64,000 bases of DNA, taken from Arenicellales bacterium. GTDB taxonomy: Bacteria > Pseudomonadota > Gammaproteobacteria > BMS3Bbin11. The stretch spans positions 10,224 to 74,223 of the forward strand of contig JBLYYR010000111.1 in the NCBI GenBank assembly GCA_048550195.1. The letters are read 5' to 3'. The notes under the pieces are model-generated. The model saw only the letters and a list, made by a program, of their open reading frames with translations. It did no database searches and was not told where the DNA came from. Of this stretch, positions 29,511 through 40,397 are shown in pieces. A program made the position numbers and the translations under genes. How positions within the stretch are numbered: the stretch's first letter is position 1; each line of letters opens with the position of its first letter.

Positions 29511-32495
29511 ATGCAGAAGGTAAAAGGGATTAAATTAGCGTGTTTGGCAGCTTTTGCCATATTACCAGTACAAACCTACGCACTTGGCGTTGGTAAGCTC
29601 ACGATGAATTCAGCGCTCGATGCGCCATTGAGTGCAACGATTGAATTGACCGCAGCAACGACCGCGGAATTGCAATCTCTAGAAATTTCACTCGGATCCG
29701 CTAGTGTCTTTAACATGGCAGGCATTGATCGAAGTGAGCAGCTTAAAGCCATTCGTTTTTCTCTTGTGAAAGTGAATGGTAAAGATGTAATAAAATTGGA
29801 TACCGAGCAGCCATTCCGTGACCCATTTCTGCATTTTATCGTTAAAGCCACCTGGGCAAACGGTTCTATGTTGCGTGAATACACCGCCCTGCTTGATCCT
29901 CCGACTTATCTAACAGGCGCACCAGCTCGCATTCAGGCACCTGCTGCCGCTAAGCCGGTTGCGGTGAAATCAGCAGAAAAAGCACCTGCTAAAAAGAAGG
30001 CCGCTGTTGCCAGCCCTGCAGTTGATACGCCTGTTGCCGCAGCAGATACTGGCAAACCGAAACTTGGCCCGCTTGATGTGGCAGACAGTACAGAAAGCAA
30101 TTATTCTGATCTGCGTCCCGGAAGTACCTTTGGGCCAGTTAGAAAAGGTGACGCTCTGTGGGATATAGCAGAGGGAGTTAAGGCAGGGACAAGTTTGGGG
30201 ATTGCCCAGGTGATGATGGCAATTTACAAGCAAAATCCGAATGCATTTATGCAAAATAACATTAATATGATTCGTGTCGGGCAGACACTGGACATTCCGT
30301 CCGATGAAGAAATATCATCTACTAGCCGTCCTGTTGCGCAGGAAGAACTGCGTGCGCAAATGGAAGAATGGCAGGAGTACAAGGATAATCTTGCAACTGG
30401 ACGCAGTGTAGCCAGGACAGATATGGCAACAGCCCCTCCTGTAAAGGCCGGTACTGCTGAAGAATCTGAGAAGAAAGTTTCTTCTGCTACCGAAAAGGCA
30501 GAAAGCAAACCCCAGACGCCAGATGCAAGTGCCAGTACGGGCGACGTTCTGGAAATCGTGCGTGCCAAAGTGGAGGGCGCTGAGACATCTGGTACGGGCG
30601 CCAGTGCTGAAGACAGAGAGAAATTTGAGTCAGAAATTGAGGCCTATAAAGATAATGTAACCCAGCTCGAGGAGACGCTCGCATCGTCCGAACTGGAAAA
30701 AATGGAGCTTGCAGAACGAGTCTCACTGCTGGAGGAGCAAATTGATAAAGCAAATAAGCTTATTGATATGCAAAACGCTGATCTTGCCAGATTGCAGAGC
30801 CAGCAGCAGTCAGCGCCAGTTACACCTGTTGAGATGGCTAAATTACCTGGAAAAGTAGACGTATCGTCCACTACCCCGGAAGAACCAGCAACCAAAAGTG
30901 CCCCTTTGTCAGCACCGGATATCTCACCAGTAACAGCAGCAGCACCAGAAATAAAAAAACCTGAGGTTGCTAAGAAGTCAACGGTAGTTGAAAAGAAAGA
31001 AGCAAAAGTACGAGCACGGCCGCAGCCTGTAGAAGAAAGAGGCATCCTTGATACAGCAAAAGACATCATATTCAGCAGCTGGATTACTATGCTGGGTACG
31101 GGTCTTGCACTATTGCTGATTCTGGTCGGTATCTTTGTTGTCCTAAGACGCAGGCGCTCTATCGCTGAATTTGAAGACAGCATTATCTCAGGCACAGCTG
31201 TTCTTGATATCTCTACTGCAGAATCATCAGAACCCTCTGGCTCTGGTTCAGAAACCTCTTTCCTGAGTGATTTTGTACCGGGTATGGGGAATATGCAGGC
31301 AGATGAGGTAGACCCGCTAGCGGAAGCCGAAGTTTATATGGCCTACGGTCGCGATGAACAGGCGGAAGAAGTCCTTAAGGAAGCCGCAGAAAAGAATCCT
31401 GACCGCCATGAGCTTAAGTTGAAGTTGCTTGAGATCTATCAGGGTAGAAAGGATATATCCTCATTTGAAACCCTGGCTGAAGAGCTTTACCCGGCAGATG
31501 GAAACATCCCAATGGAAGTATGGGGCAAAGTGGCAGAAATGGGGAAGATTGTGAATCCTGACAATCCATTGTTTCAAGGTGATTTGAAACTTCAGGAAGA
31601 AACATTATTTGGTGATAGTGATAGAAAAGAGGATGTGCCGTTAGGTGATCTTCTGGATACGGATACGATAGAAGCAGAAGCCGCCGACCTGATGGAAGCT
31701 CTAAACGATGATGATGTGACTGAGGAAGTAATTGAAGAGTCGTTATCAGAAGCAGATGATCTGGAAGCAATTGAAGGTTTCGAACTGCCTGAAGATACAG
31801 CAGAAATGCTTGACCAGGGCAATGTACTTGAAGAGAGCCTGGAAAGTTCTGTCACAAAGGCTGAAGACTTCCCGGCACCGGACGAAGAAGTGCTGGATCT
31901 TGATCTTGGAGATTTCAAGCCGGATGCATCGCAGGAAACAGACTCATTTGATTTGGACAGCATTGAATTAAACCTGGCAGAACTCGATGGTGATACAGAA
32001 GAAGTTTTTAAAGAAAGTGAAGAAAATCTTGATTTCAACCTGGATGGTATAGATCTGGAGCTGAATGATACTTCAGAGGCGGAATCGGAATCTTCTATTG
32101 ATGTATCAGGTCTTGAAGATATTGAAGGTTTAAGTCTTGATCTTGAATCTGAAGATACCTCAGTAAATGAAGATGCCAGCATTACTTCAGAAGTAGGATT
32201 ACAGGATGAGACACTTGAATTTGCCGACCTTGGTGACCTCACACTGGATGTAGAAGAGGCGGATCTAAGCGTAGAAGAGGCCGCTTCAGGTACAGATGAA
32301 GAACCCACTGAAATGCCCGCAGGTGCAAATGAAACATGGGATGAAGCGGGAACCAAGCTTGATCTGGCCAGGGCATATATAGAAATGGATGATAATGAAA
32401 GCGCCCAAAGCATACTTGAAGAAGTAGCAAAGGAAGGCACTGATGATCAGAAGAACGAAGCCAGAGACCTGATGAGTCAGATTGATGCAGGTTAA
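29511..32495 (+). CDS. fimV: FimV/HubP-family polar landmark protein
   Basis: The protein has a signal peptide, a LysM domain (GDALWDIAEGV...IRVGQTLDIP), a coiled coil, one TM helix (ITMLGTGLALLLILVGIFVVL), a long acidic low-complexity cytoplasmic region and the FimV C-terminal motif (LDLARAYIEMDDNESAQSILEEV). The asd-fimV-truA synteny supports the call. Confidence 0.8.
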   Translation: MQKVKGIKLACLAAFAILPVQTYALGVGKLTMNSALDAPLSATIELTAATTAELQSLEISLGSASVFNMAGIDRSEQLKAIRFSLVKVNGKDVIKLDTEQPFRDPFLHFIVKATWANGSMLREYTALLDPPTYLTGAPARIQAPAAAKPVAVKSAEKAPAKKKAAVASPAVDTPVAAADTGKPKLGPLDVADSTESNYSDLRPGSTFGPVRKGDALWDIAEGVKAGTSLGIAQVMMAIYKQNPNAFMQNNINMIRVGQTLDIPSDEEISSTSRPVAQEELRAQMEEWQEYKDNLATGRSVARTDMATAPPVKAGTAEESEKKVSSATEKAESKPQTPDASASTGDVLEIVRAKVEGAETSGTGASAEDREKFESEIEAYKDNVTQLEETLASSELEKMELAERVSLLEEQIDKANKLIDMQNADLARLQSQQQSAPVTPVEMAKLPGKVDVSSTTPEEPATKSAPLSAPDISPVTAAAPEIKKPEVAKKSTVVEKKEAKVRARPQPVEERGILDTAKDIIFSSWITMLGTGLALLLILVGIFVVLRRRRSIAEFEDSIISGTAVLDISTAESSEPSGSGSETSFLSDFVPGMGNMQADEVDPLAEAEVYMAYGRDEQAEEVLKEAAEKNPDRHELKLKLLEIYQGRKDISSFETLAEELYPADGNIPMEVWGKVAEMGKIVNPDNPLFQGDLKLQEETLFGDSDRKEDVPLGDLLDTDTIEAEAADLMEALNDDDVTEEVIEESLSEADDLEAIEGFELPEDTAEMLDQGNVLEESLESSVTKAEDFPAPDEEVLDLDLGDFKPDASQETDSFDLDSIELNLAELDGDTEEVFKESEENLDFNLDGIDLELNDTSEAESESSIDVSGLEDIEGLSLDLESEDTSVNEDASITSEVGLQDETLEFADLGDLTLDVEEADLSVEEAASGTDEEPTEMPAGANETWDEAGTKLDLARAYIEMDDNESAQSILEEVAKEGTDDQKNEARDLMSQIDAG

Positions 32496-32498
32496 TAT

Positions 32499-33173
32499 GT
32501 GCCGGTACCAGTAAATTCGGCATCAAGAATTTTATCGCTGGCACTGCTGACACTTATTGTTAACACTCAGGGTTGGTCAGGGTTGCTGTTGTTTATGGCA
32601 CCTCTGGGCATCCTGTATTTCCTGTTTCCTCACCATGGCAGGCAGATTCTTCTACTGGCCAGAAAATTACGCTGGTTCTTTTTATCCATAGTGATTCTGT
32701 ATTTCTGGTTTTACCCGGGCACAGATATTCTGCCGCTTTTAGGCAGGTTTTCACCCACAGTAGAAGGGATTAATCAGGCTGCGCTACGGATCTCTTCACT
32801 GCTTGTCGTCATTTCATATAGTGGTTTTTTATTGCTGCTAACCCCGCGAGATGATTTAGTCTCTGGGATACAATTTTTATTATCCCCTCTTAGGTTTGCT
32901 GGTATCGATAGTCAGCGTTTTGCTCTGCGCCTGGGTCTGGTGTTGTCCATAGTGCCGCAAATGACAGAACAACAGCATACACCTGGCAAAAAGATAAAAA
33001 TTAACAATGTCTCTGTATTGATAGACAGAGCTGCTGATATGATTAAATCAGCGTCTGAGCAGGCAAACCATTTTGAATTGAATGAAACCGTCAATATTGA
33101 ACAGCCCTCACGCCTGGGTATTGCTGATATCCTTGTCCCCCTGTTTCTCCTGATTTGGCTAATCTGCACTTAG
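32499..33173 (+). CDS. Hypothetical polytopic membrane protein (weak CbiQ/EcfT-like features), translationally coupled to fimV
   Basis: The GTG start lies 4 bp after the fimV stop. The protein has 4-5 predicted TM helices and an ...FALRLGL... segment reminiscent of the ECF T-component coupling helix. The family assignment is uncertain. Confidence 0.4.
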   Translation: MPVPVNSASRILSLALLTLIVNTQGWSGLLLFMAPLGILYFLFPHHGRQILLLARKLRWFFLSIVILYFWFYPGTDILPLLGRFSPTVEGINQAALRISSLLVVISYSGFLLLLTPRDDLVSGIQFLLSPLRFAGIDSQRFALRLGLVLSIVPQMTEQQHTPGKKIKINNVSVLIDRAADMIKSASEQANHFELNETVNIEQPSRLGIADILVPLFLLIWLICT

Positions 33174-33183
33174 GAGCCTTTGA

Positions 33184-33969
33184 ATGAGAATTGCGCTTGG
33201 TATTGAATACGATGGCTCTTCCTATTGTGGATGGCAATATCAGGAAGGCGTTGAAACAGTGCAGAAAACGGTTGAAGTGGCCTTGTCGAAAATTGCAAAC
33301 AGACCGATTCGTGTCATTACTGCTGGAAGAACTGATACGGGTGTTCATGCAACCGGGCAGGTAGTTCATTTTGAAACAGATGTCATACGAAGCAATTATT
33401 CGTGGATGAGAGGTACTACACGCTACCTGCCTGATAATGTGACCATATTATGGGCAAAGCATGTCAGGGATGATTTTCATGCACGATTTTCAGCGATTGA
33501 GCGACGTTATCAATACATCATACTGAATCGTCATGAACGCCCGGCAATCCTCCATAGCAAGGTGAGCTGGGAATATCGACCATTAGATGTATCATTGATG
33601 CAGAAGGCGGCGAAACATTTACTCGGCCGTCATAATTTTAACGCCTATCGTGCACTTGCCTGCCAGGCCAAATCACCGGTACGCGATTTACGGGAATTAT
33701 CTGTAATACGCATGGGTCGCTTCGTCATAATCAATGCAGGGGCCGATGGATTTCTTCATCACATGATTAGAAATATCGCTGGTGTATTGTGTAGTATTGG
33801 TGCAGGTGAGAAGGCCCCTGACTGGTCGGCTGAAGTGCTGGCATCACAAGACAGGGCCTGCGGTGGCGTGACGGCATCACCCGATGGGCTGTATTTGAAT
33901 GCAGTTATCTATCCTGAGAAATTCGCTATACCCTCAGTGCAAAATACTACGGGAATATTTGGTCTATGA
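33184..33969 (+). CDS. truA: tRNA pseudouridine(38-40) synthase
   Basis: The start reads RIALGIEYDGSSYCGWQ...AGRTDTGVHA, which carries the catalytic aspartate motif. Confidence 0.9.
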   Translation: MRIALGIEYDGSSYCGWQYQEGVETVQKTVEVALSKIANRPIRVITAGRTDTGVHATGQVVHFETDVIRSNYSWMRGTTRYLPDNVTILWAKHVRDDFHARFSAIERRYQYIILNRHERPAILHSKVSWEYRPLDVSLMQKAAKHLLGRHNFNAYRALACQAKSPVRDLRELSVIRMGRFVIINAGADGFLHHMIRNIAGVLCSIGAGEKAPDWSAEVLASQDRACGGVTASPDGLYLNAVIYPEKFAIPSVQNTTGIFGL

Positions 33970-34598
33970 ACAGAACGCGTGTGAAAGTATGCGGGATATG
34001 CACTGTTGCTGATGCAAGCAAAGTCTGCAAAGCCGGCGCCGATGCCATTGGAATAGTTTTCTATGGCAAAAGTCCACGCAATGTGGGGATAACACTCGCC
34101 AGGGAAATTGTTTCCAGTTTGCCACCCTTTATCAGCGTAGTAGGTCTATTCGTCAACAGCAGCAAGCAGGAAATAAATCAGGTATTGTCAACCGTGCAGC
34201 TGGATTTATTACAGTTTCATGGCGATGAAGACGAGGCGTTTTGCAACAGCTTTGATCGCCCATATATTAAAGCAGTCAGAGTGACAAGTGATACAGACCT
34301 GATCAACTCATGCCAGCCGTATCCTTCTGCCAGGGGGGTATTGCTGGACAGCTATAAGAAAGGTCTGCCTGGTGGAACAGGGGAGGCATTTGACTGGGAG
34401 TTGATCCCGAAGAAATTACCGTTACCTGTCATTCTGGCCGGCGGCCTGAACCCGGGAAATGTCGCACGTGCTGTTTCCAGCGTACAACCCTGGGCCGTTG
34501 ATGTCAGTAGTGGTGTGGAAGAATCGCCCGGCAAAAAAGACCAGAAAAAAATTGAGCAATTTATTCGGGCTGTTGGAAGTATTGATAAATTAAAGTGA
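33966..34598 (+). CDS. trpF: N-(5'-phosphoribosyl)anthranilate isomerase
   Basis: The sequence VKVCGICTVADA...DAIGIVF shows a TIM-barrel PRAI fold. The gene overlaps the truA stop. Confidence 0.85.
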   Translation: MNRTRVKVCGICTVADASKVCKAGADAIGIVFYGKSPRNVGITLAREIVSSLPPFISVVGLFVNSSKQEINQVLSTVQLDLLQFHGDEDEAFCNSFDRPYIKAVRVTSDTDLINSCQPYPSARGVLLDSYKKGLPGGTGEAFDWELIPKKLPLPVILAGGLNPGNVARAVSSVQPWAVDVSSGVEESPGKKDQKKIEQFIRAVGSIDKLK

Positions 34599-34794
34599 CC
34601 AGGCTAACACAACTCTGTGGCGAACAGGTTTTCGACTTTTTGTTTTTAAAAACGGTCATGTATTTTAAAAGCCGGATAGATGCAATAAATACCAAAGATC
34701 GGTAAAATAAGTTATTCACACAGCATGTGTATCTGTCCATTTCGTTTGTTGTCCGGATATACTTTTTCTCACTATGTAGCAATCGGGTTTTTAC

Positions 34795-35991
34795 ATGTCA
34801 GCCTATTCCATGCCGGATAATAATGGCCATTTTGGCCGCTTTGGGGGTATTTTTGTTGCCGAGACATTGATGCGTCCACTACAGGAATTAACACAGGCCT
34901 ATGAGAAATATATGCAGGACCCTGATTTCCTGCAGGAGTTTGATGACGATCTGAAATATTATGTTGGACGACCATCTCCTCTTTATTTTTCAGCAGGCCT
35001 GAGCCGGGAATACGGAACACAGATCTATTTAAAGAGAGAAGATCTGAACCATACCGGTGCGCATAAAATAAACAATACCGTTGGCCAGGCTTTGTTGGCG
35101 AAAAGGCTGGGTAAGACCCGTATTATTGCAGAAACAGGTGCTGGTCAGCACGGGGTAGCTACGGCTACAGTGGCTGCACGGCTGGGACTTGAGTGCGTGG
35201 TATACATGGGGGCTGATGATATCGAGCGCCAGGCTCCCAATGTCTACCGGATGAAATTACTCGGCGCTTCCGTCATCTCGGTGGAATCAGGTTCTCGTAC
35301 ATTGAAAGATGCACTCAACGAAGCGATGCGCGACTGGGTGACAAATGTCGAAGATACTTTCTATATCATCGGGACCGTCGCAGGCCCGCATCCTTATCCG
35401 ACCATGGTGCGAGACTTTCAGTCCATCATTGGCAGGGAAGCGCGACAGCAGATACTTGAACAGGCCGGTCGTTTACCGCATGCACTGGTTGCCTGTGTTG
35501 GCGGCGGATCCAATGCGATAGGACTTTTCTATCCCTTTATCGATGATGAAGCTGTGTCTATGTATGGTGTCGAAGCAGCAGGCGATGGTTTAGATACAGA
35601 TCACCATGCGGCGCCTTTATGCAAAGGCAGAGTGGGGGTGCTGCATGGCAATAGAACTTATTTGATGGAAGATACAAACGGGCAGATTATTGAGACCCAT
35701 TCTATCAGTGCCGGCCTTGATTATCCGGGTGTCGGTCCCGAACACGCCTGGTTGAAAGACATCGGACGGGCTAACTACGTCGCCATATCCGATGACGAGG
35801 CGATGGCCGGGTTTCATGACATCACACGTCTGGAAGGTATCATCCCGGCACTGGAGTCCAGTCATGCTATTGCTTATGCACGAAAGCTGGCGCCGGAACT
35901 GGGAAAAGACGGGATTATGATCGTTAATTTATCCGGACGCGGTGACAAGGATATCCAGACCATAGCAAATATTGACGGGGTGGAAATCTGA
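34795..35991 (+). CDS. trpB: Tryptophan synthase beta subunit
   Basis: The motifs [16 protein letters not shown] and [11 protein letters not shown] (PLP lysine) match trpB. Confidence 0.9.
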   Translation: MSAYSMPDNNGHFGRFGGIFVAETLMRPLQELTQAYEKYMQDPDFLQEFDDDLKYYVGRPSPLYFSAGLSREYGTQIYLKREDLNHTGAHKINNTVGQALLAKRLGKTRIIAETGAGQHGVATATVAARLGLECVVYMGADDIERQAPNVYRMKLLGASVISVESGSRTLKDALNEAMRDWVTNVEDTFYIIGTVAGPHPYPTMVRDFQSIIGREARQQILEQAGRLPHALVACVGGGSNAIGLFYPFIDDEAVSMYGVEAAGDGLDTDHHAAPLCKGRVGVLHGNRTYLMEDTNGQIIETHSISAGLDYPGVGPEHAWLKDIGRANYVAISDDEAMAGFHDITRLEGIIPALESSHAIAYARKLAPELGKDGIMIVNLSGRGDKDIQTIANIDGVEI

Positions 35992-36797
35992 TGTCGCGGA
36001 TTGAAAGGTGTTTTGAAGCGCTTAGAGAAAACGGTAGAACAGGCCTGATTCCCTTTGTTACAGCTGGTGACCCGGTTTTAGACATTACTGTTCCGTTAAT
36101 GCATGCAATGGTAGATGCTGGTGCTGATCTTATAGAGCTGGGCATTCCATTTTCAGACCCGATGGCAGATGGCCCGGTTATTCAGAAGGCTAATCAACGC
36201 GCACTGGCACATGATACGAGTTTGTCTGATATGCTGGCTATGATGAAACAGTTTCGTCAGACAGATAAAACGACACCTGTCTTATTTATGGGATACCTGA
36301 ATCCTGTAGAAGCTATGGGTTATGAGGAACTTGCAGATGCGGCAAAGCTTTCTGGTGTTGACGGTCTATTGCTTGTTGATCTCCCCCCCGAGGAAGCAAG
36401 CGAATTCAATGAATTGCTTTATCAGAGTGACATAGACCCGGTTTATTTACTGGCACCCACATCAACGCCCCAGCGTATGGAAATCGTCTCTCTGGAGGCG
36501 CGTGGCTTCGTCTACTACGTGTCGACACGAGGTGTCACCGGCTCGGCGGCACTGGACTATAGTGAGATTAAAGCAAGTGTCGGTGAAATTCGCCAGCATA
36601 CAGACTTGCCAGTTGGTGTAGGATTTGGCATAAATAGCCCTGAACACGCCGTCAAAATTGGTGAATTTGCAGATGCTGTAGTAATAGGCAGTGCTATTGT
36701 TAAGATGATGGAAGATTTTGATGGAGATAAGCAGTCCGTCATCAAGGCAGTCAGTGATTTTCTGCGTGGTATTCGTAAAGCGCTGGATGCCGACTAA
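35991..36797 (+). CDS. trpA: Tryptophan synthase alpha subunit
   Basis: The motifs LIPFVTAGDP...LIELGIPFSDPMADGPVIQ match trpA. Confidence 0.9.
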   Translation: MSRIERCFEALRENGRTGLIPFVTAGDPVLDITVPLMHAMVDAGADLIELGIPFSDPMADGPVIQKANQRALAHDTSLSDMLAMMKQFRQTDKTTPVLFMGYLNPVEAMGYEELADAAKLSGVDGLLLVDLPPEEASEFNELLYQSDIDPVYLLAPTSTPQRMEIVSLEARGFVYYVSTRGVTGSAALDYSEIKASVGEIRQHTDLPVGVGFGINSPEHAVKIGEFADAVVIGSAIVKMMEDFDGDKQSVIKAVSDFLRGIRKALDAD

Positions 36798-36842
36798 ACA
36801 AATTTCGGATTTGTAATTAGCATGACTATCAGGAAAAGATAA

Positions 36843-37712
36843 ATGAGCTGGTTTGAAATGCTGCTGCCGCCAAAGATTAAAACTAGCGGCAGCTTTGGCA
36901 AAAAAGATATTCCTGAAGGACTGTGGAAAAAATGCCCGGCCTGCAGTGCTGTTCTTTATCGGGCTGAACTGGAGCGAAATCTTGATGTCTGCCCAAAATG
37001 CAGTCACCATTTACGCATCGGCGCCAGACGCCGCCTGGACATCCTTCTTGATGAATCCCCGCGGGAGGAAATAGGCAACACACTCAAGGCCACTGATCCG
37101 CTCAAGTTCAAGGATTTGAAAAAATACAGAGACCGCCTCACAGAAGCTCAGAAAAAAACCGATGAATCCGATGCACTGGTTGTTATAAAGGGTGAGCTTA
37201 AAGGTGATCCTGTTGTTGCTGCAGCCTTTGAATTCGGCTTTATGGGGGGGTCTATGGGGACTGTGGTCGGTGAAAAGTTTCTCCGTGCCGCTGATCTTTG
37301 TATGGAACAGAATATTCCATTAGTCTGCATTTCTGCCAGTGGCGGTGCACGTATGCAGGAAGCCCTGTTTTCGTTGATGCAGATGGCCAAGACCAGCGCA
37401 GTGTTACGAAGAATGTCTCATCAGGGTGTACCTTTTATTTCGGTACTCACCGATCCCACAATGGGAGGGGTTTCTGCCAGTCTGGCTATGCTCGGCGATG
37501 TGATTGTTGCTGAGCCCAAAGCTCTGATTGGATTTGCTGGTCCTCGTGTCATTGAACAGACCGTCCGTGAAACCTTGCCGGAAGGGTTTCAACGTTCTGA
37601 ATTTCTCGTTGAAACAGGCGCAATAGACCTGATTGCAGATCGTCGGGATTTGCGCGATGTAATAACCTCGATCCTGGGCATGCTGAGCGGGAAAAAAACC
37701 GTTGCTTCATAG
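36843..37712 (+). CDS. accD: Acetyl-CoA carboxylase carboxyltransferase beta subunit
   Basis: The zinc ribbon CPACSAVLY...CPKCSHH and a carboxyltransferase domain are present. Confidence 0.9.
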   Translation: MSWFEMLLPPKIKTSGSFGKKDIPEGLWKKCPACSAVLYRAELERNLDVCPKCSHHLRIGARRRLDILLDESPREEIGNTLKATDPLKFKDLKKYRDRLTEAQKKTDESDALVVIKGELKGDPVVAAAFEFGFMGGSMGTVVGEKFLRAADLCMEQNIPLVCISASGGARMQEALFSLMQMAKTSAVLRRMSHQGVPFISVLTDPTMGGVSASLAMLGDVIVAEPKALIGFAGPRVIEQTVRETLPEGFQRSEFLVETGAIDLIADRRDLRDVITSILGMLSGKKTVAS

Positions 37713-37730
37713 TGTGGTGTAACGAATAAG

Positions 37731-39008
37731 GTGTCACAGACTCCCGGGGACCTTGCCGGCTGGCTTGATTTTATCTCCGTTCAGCACAGTAGCGAGATTG
37801 AGCTGGGGCTAGACAGACTGAGACGGGTTGCAAATCAACTTGCTATCAGGTCGTTTAACTGTCCGCTGATAACTGTTGCGGGGACCAATGGTAAAGGCTC
37901 CAGCACTACTGCGCTGGAAAGTTTCTACACCAGTGCCGGTTACCGGACAGGCTGTTATACATCACCACACCTTAGCGTTTTCAATGAAAGGGTTCGCATA
38001 GACGGCATCTTTGCTGCCGATGATAAACTGTGTGCAGCTTTCGCAGAAATTAATTCTGCACGCGGTACGATCCCCCTGACATATTTTGAATTTTCCACCC
38101 TGGCAGCATTTGTGATTTTTCAACAGCATGAACTGGACATTATACTGCTTGAGGTTGGTCTTGGTGGGCGTCTTGATGCAACAAACCTGTTTCCTGCGGA
38201 TGTAGCATTGATAACCAGTATAAGTATTGATCATACAGACTGGCTGGGGAAAGACCGCGAAACCATCGGGGCAGAAAAAGCAGGTATTATTCACCCGGGC
38301 AATATCGCTGTGATTTCTGACCCTGCACCGCCACAGAATGTGGTGTCTATTGCCCGCGGTAGAGCCGAACGGGTATATTTACTTAATCAGGATTTCTCTT
38401 ATAGCATCAAGCGTAAGGACTGGTGCTGGCAGTCGAATCGAAGATCACTTGTCGGGCTGCCATTTTCACGGTTGCAGGGACTCCCGCAATTTAATAATCT
38501 TGCCGGAGTGCTGATGTGTCTAGAGGTGCTTCATGATTCATTGCCAGTAACTGTTGAGAGAATACGCTATGTTCTACCATCGATAAAACTGCCAGGAAGG
38601 TTCCAAATTATAGCGGGTGCTCCGCAGATAATACTGGATGTCTCGCATAATCCCGATTCAGTTGCATTGCTGGCAGACAATCTAAATAAGCTGCCGATAT
38701 CTGGCAGGACCCATGCGGTGGTTGCGATGCTGAAAGATAAGGACATCAGAGAATCTTTGTCCAGAATTAATTCAAGTATTGATTGCTGGTATGTTGGGGG
38801 ATTATCAGTTCCCAGGGCTGAAGGCGTTGATGGGTTAAAAGCAGTACTGAATGAGCTGGAACCGGCCGGGTGTGTCAAATCCAGCAATACAGTAGCAGAG
38901 GCATGGGAAGAGGCTTACAGTGAGGCCCGGGCTGACGACCGGATTGTAGTTTTTGGTTCTTTTCACACGGTAGGTGTTATAATCGATATCTTGTCATTGA
39001 GTAAGTGA
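37731..39008 (+). CDS. folC: Bifunctional folylpolyglutamate synthase / dihydrofolate synthase
   Basis: The Mur-ligase P-loop VAGTNGKGS is present. The accD-folC synteny supports the call. Confidence 0.85.
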   Translation: MSQTPGDLAGWLDFISVQHSSEIELGLDRLRRVANQLAIRSFNCPLITVAGTNGKGSSTTALESFYTSAGYRTGCYTSPHLSVFNERVRIDGIFAADDKLCAAFAEINSARGTIPLTYFEFSTLAAFVIFQQHELDIILLEVGLGGRLDATNLFPADVALITSISIDHTDWLGKDRETIGAEKAGIIHPGNIAVISDPAPPQNVVSIARGRAERVYLLNQDFSYSIKRKDWCWQSNRRSLVGLPFSRLQGLPQFNNLAGVLMCLEVLHDSLPVTVERIRYVLPSIKLPGRFQIIAGAPQIILDVSHNPDSVALLADNLNKLPISGRTHAVVAMLKDKDIRESLSRINSSIDCWYVGGLSVPRAEGVDGLKAVLNELEPAGCVKSSNTVAEAWEEAYSEARADDRIVVFGSFHTVGVIIDILSLSK

Positions 39009-39106
39009 AAACCCGGTTACTGACTTTGTTAATTACAACATTTATCAAATTTCAACATTTATTTACACCAGCCCATATTTGACAACGCCCTGAGAACTCT
39101 GACATT

Positions 39107-39820
39107 TTGTCTGCCACCTTGAAAAATAACTTCCATGAGTATGATCCTCGCCATCGACTGACGGGTGCGGTAGTGCTGATTTTACTCGCTATTATCCTGC
39201 TGCCGATGTTGCTAAGCAAGAAGCAGGAGATTGTAGAACCAGAAACTGATCCGGTAGTGATGGAGATTACAAAGGATGGTAAAAAGGTCTTTGTTTCACG
39301 CATCTCATCTGTTTCACCCGCTAGTTCAACAAGTAAATCAGATAAAGAATTACCCGCTGGTACAAAGCCGGCCACTGCAGTCCAGGGTAGTTCTGATTCC
39401 ACCCCATCCGCGCTATTCAGGCCTTTGCCTCCTACGGCAGAAAAGAGATCATCCTCAACTGAAAAGCCAGCGGCTGCTAAAAGTACAAAAACTTCTTCGG
39501 AAAAAAAGCCGGTAGCAAAAAAGACCACTTCAAAAAAAGCTGCTTCAGCAAAGACCACGGAAAAAAAATCAGTGCCTGTTACATCAGGCTGGATACTTCA
39601 GATAGGTGTGTTTTCACAATCTGAGAATGCAGCTAAAAAAGTAAGTGAGTTGAAAAAGAAGGGTTTTAATGCGACGTCGGGAAAAGTAAAAACCAGCAAA
39701 GGAACAGTGACTAAAGTCTGGATTGGGCCATTTAAGGACCGTAAGTCTGCCGAGAAAATGCAGGATAGACTCCAGCATAAAACACGGCAACGTGGAATTG
39801 TTGTTGAAAATAAATCCTGA
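39107..39820 (+). CDS. SPOR-domain cell-division protein (DedD-like)
   Basis: The protein has an N-terminal TM helix, a Ser/Thr/Lys/Pro-rich linker and a C-terminal SPOR fold (GWILQIGVFSQSENAAKKVSELKKKGF...VWIGPF). The start codon is TTG. Confidence 0.65.
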   Translation: MSATLKNNFHEYDPRHRLTGAVVLILLAIILLPMLLSKKQEIVEPETDPVVMEITKDGKKVFVSRISSVSPASSTSKSDKELPAGTKPATAVQGSSDSTPSALFRPLPPTAEKRSSSTEKPAAAKSTKTSSEKKPVAKKTTSKKAASAKTTEKKSVPVTSGWILQIGVFSQSENAAKKVSELKKKGFNATSGKVKTSKGTVTKVWIGPFKDRKSAEKMQDRLQHKTRQRGIVVENKS

Positions 39821-39832
39821 GACTGAAGCATT

Positions 39833-40333
39833 GTGTTAAACATTCTTGATATTATCATCATTGCTATAATCACTATTTCAGGTCTGGTTGGTGTCTTCCG
39901 TGGTCTGGTGCGAGAAATAATGTCACTGGTCGGCTGGATAGTGTCGGCATGGCTTGCATGGCGATTTGCCGGCGAATTCGCTCCTGTCTTTGAGTCGGTC
40001 ATTCAATCCGCTGATGTACGTAAAGCCGCTGCATTCATCTCAATATTCCTCCTGTCTCTGGTTTTGTTTGCCTTACTTTCATATTTTATTAGTAAAATTA
40101 TGAATAAATCCCCTTTGCAGGGCATGGACAGAACTCTGGGTATGCTCTTTGGTTTGTTACGCGGTGCTATCATTATTGCTATTCTGGTAGTGCTGATCCA
40201 GCAGTCTACACAGTTTGCTAAAGAGAGCTGGTGGCTTGGCTCTATGTTGAAAGAGTATTTTTTGGCACTTGCTGCCTATGGCATGTCTACAATGCCGGCA
40301 GAAGTTTCACGATTTTTCGGGCAGAAGGTGTGA
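39833..40333 (+). CDS. cvpA: Colicin V production membrane protein CvpA
   Basis: The start reads LDIIIIAIITISGLVGVFRG. The protein has 4 TM helices. It follows a SPOR protein and precedes purF. Confidence 0.8.
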   Translation: MLNILDIIIIAIITISGLVGVFRGLVREIMSLVGWIVSAWLAWRFAGEFAPVFESVIQSADVRKAAAFISIFLLSLVLFALLSYFISKIMNKSPLQGMDRTLGMLFGLLRGAIIIAILVVLIQQSTQFAKESWWLGSMLKEYFLALAAYGMSTMPAEVSRFFGQKV

Positions 40334-40397
40334 TATGCGCCCTGTTCAATTGGCTTGTTCTTCATTCATGTTCTAGCGTAGTCGAGGGTGATGTGAG

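Noticed and set aside
29576-32553. Multiple long antisense or alternate-frame ORFs inside fimV, for example 31592-32440 minus (282 aa) and 30644-31195 minus (183 aa).
   Set aside because: They lie wholly within the fimV acidic, Ser-rich low-complexity region. They have biased composition and no motifs, and are artefacts of the repetitive codon content.
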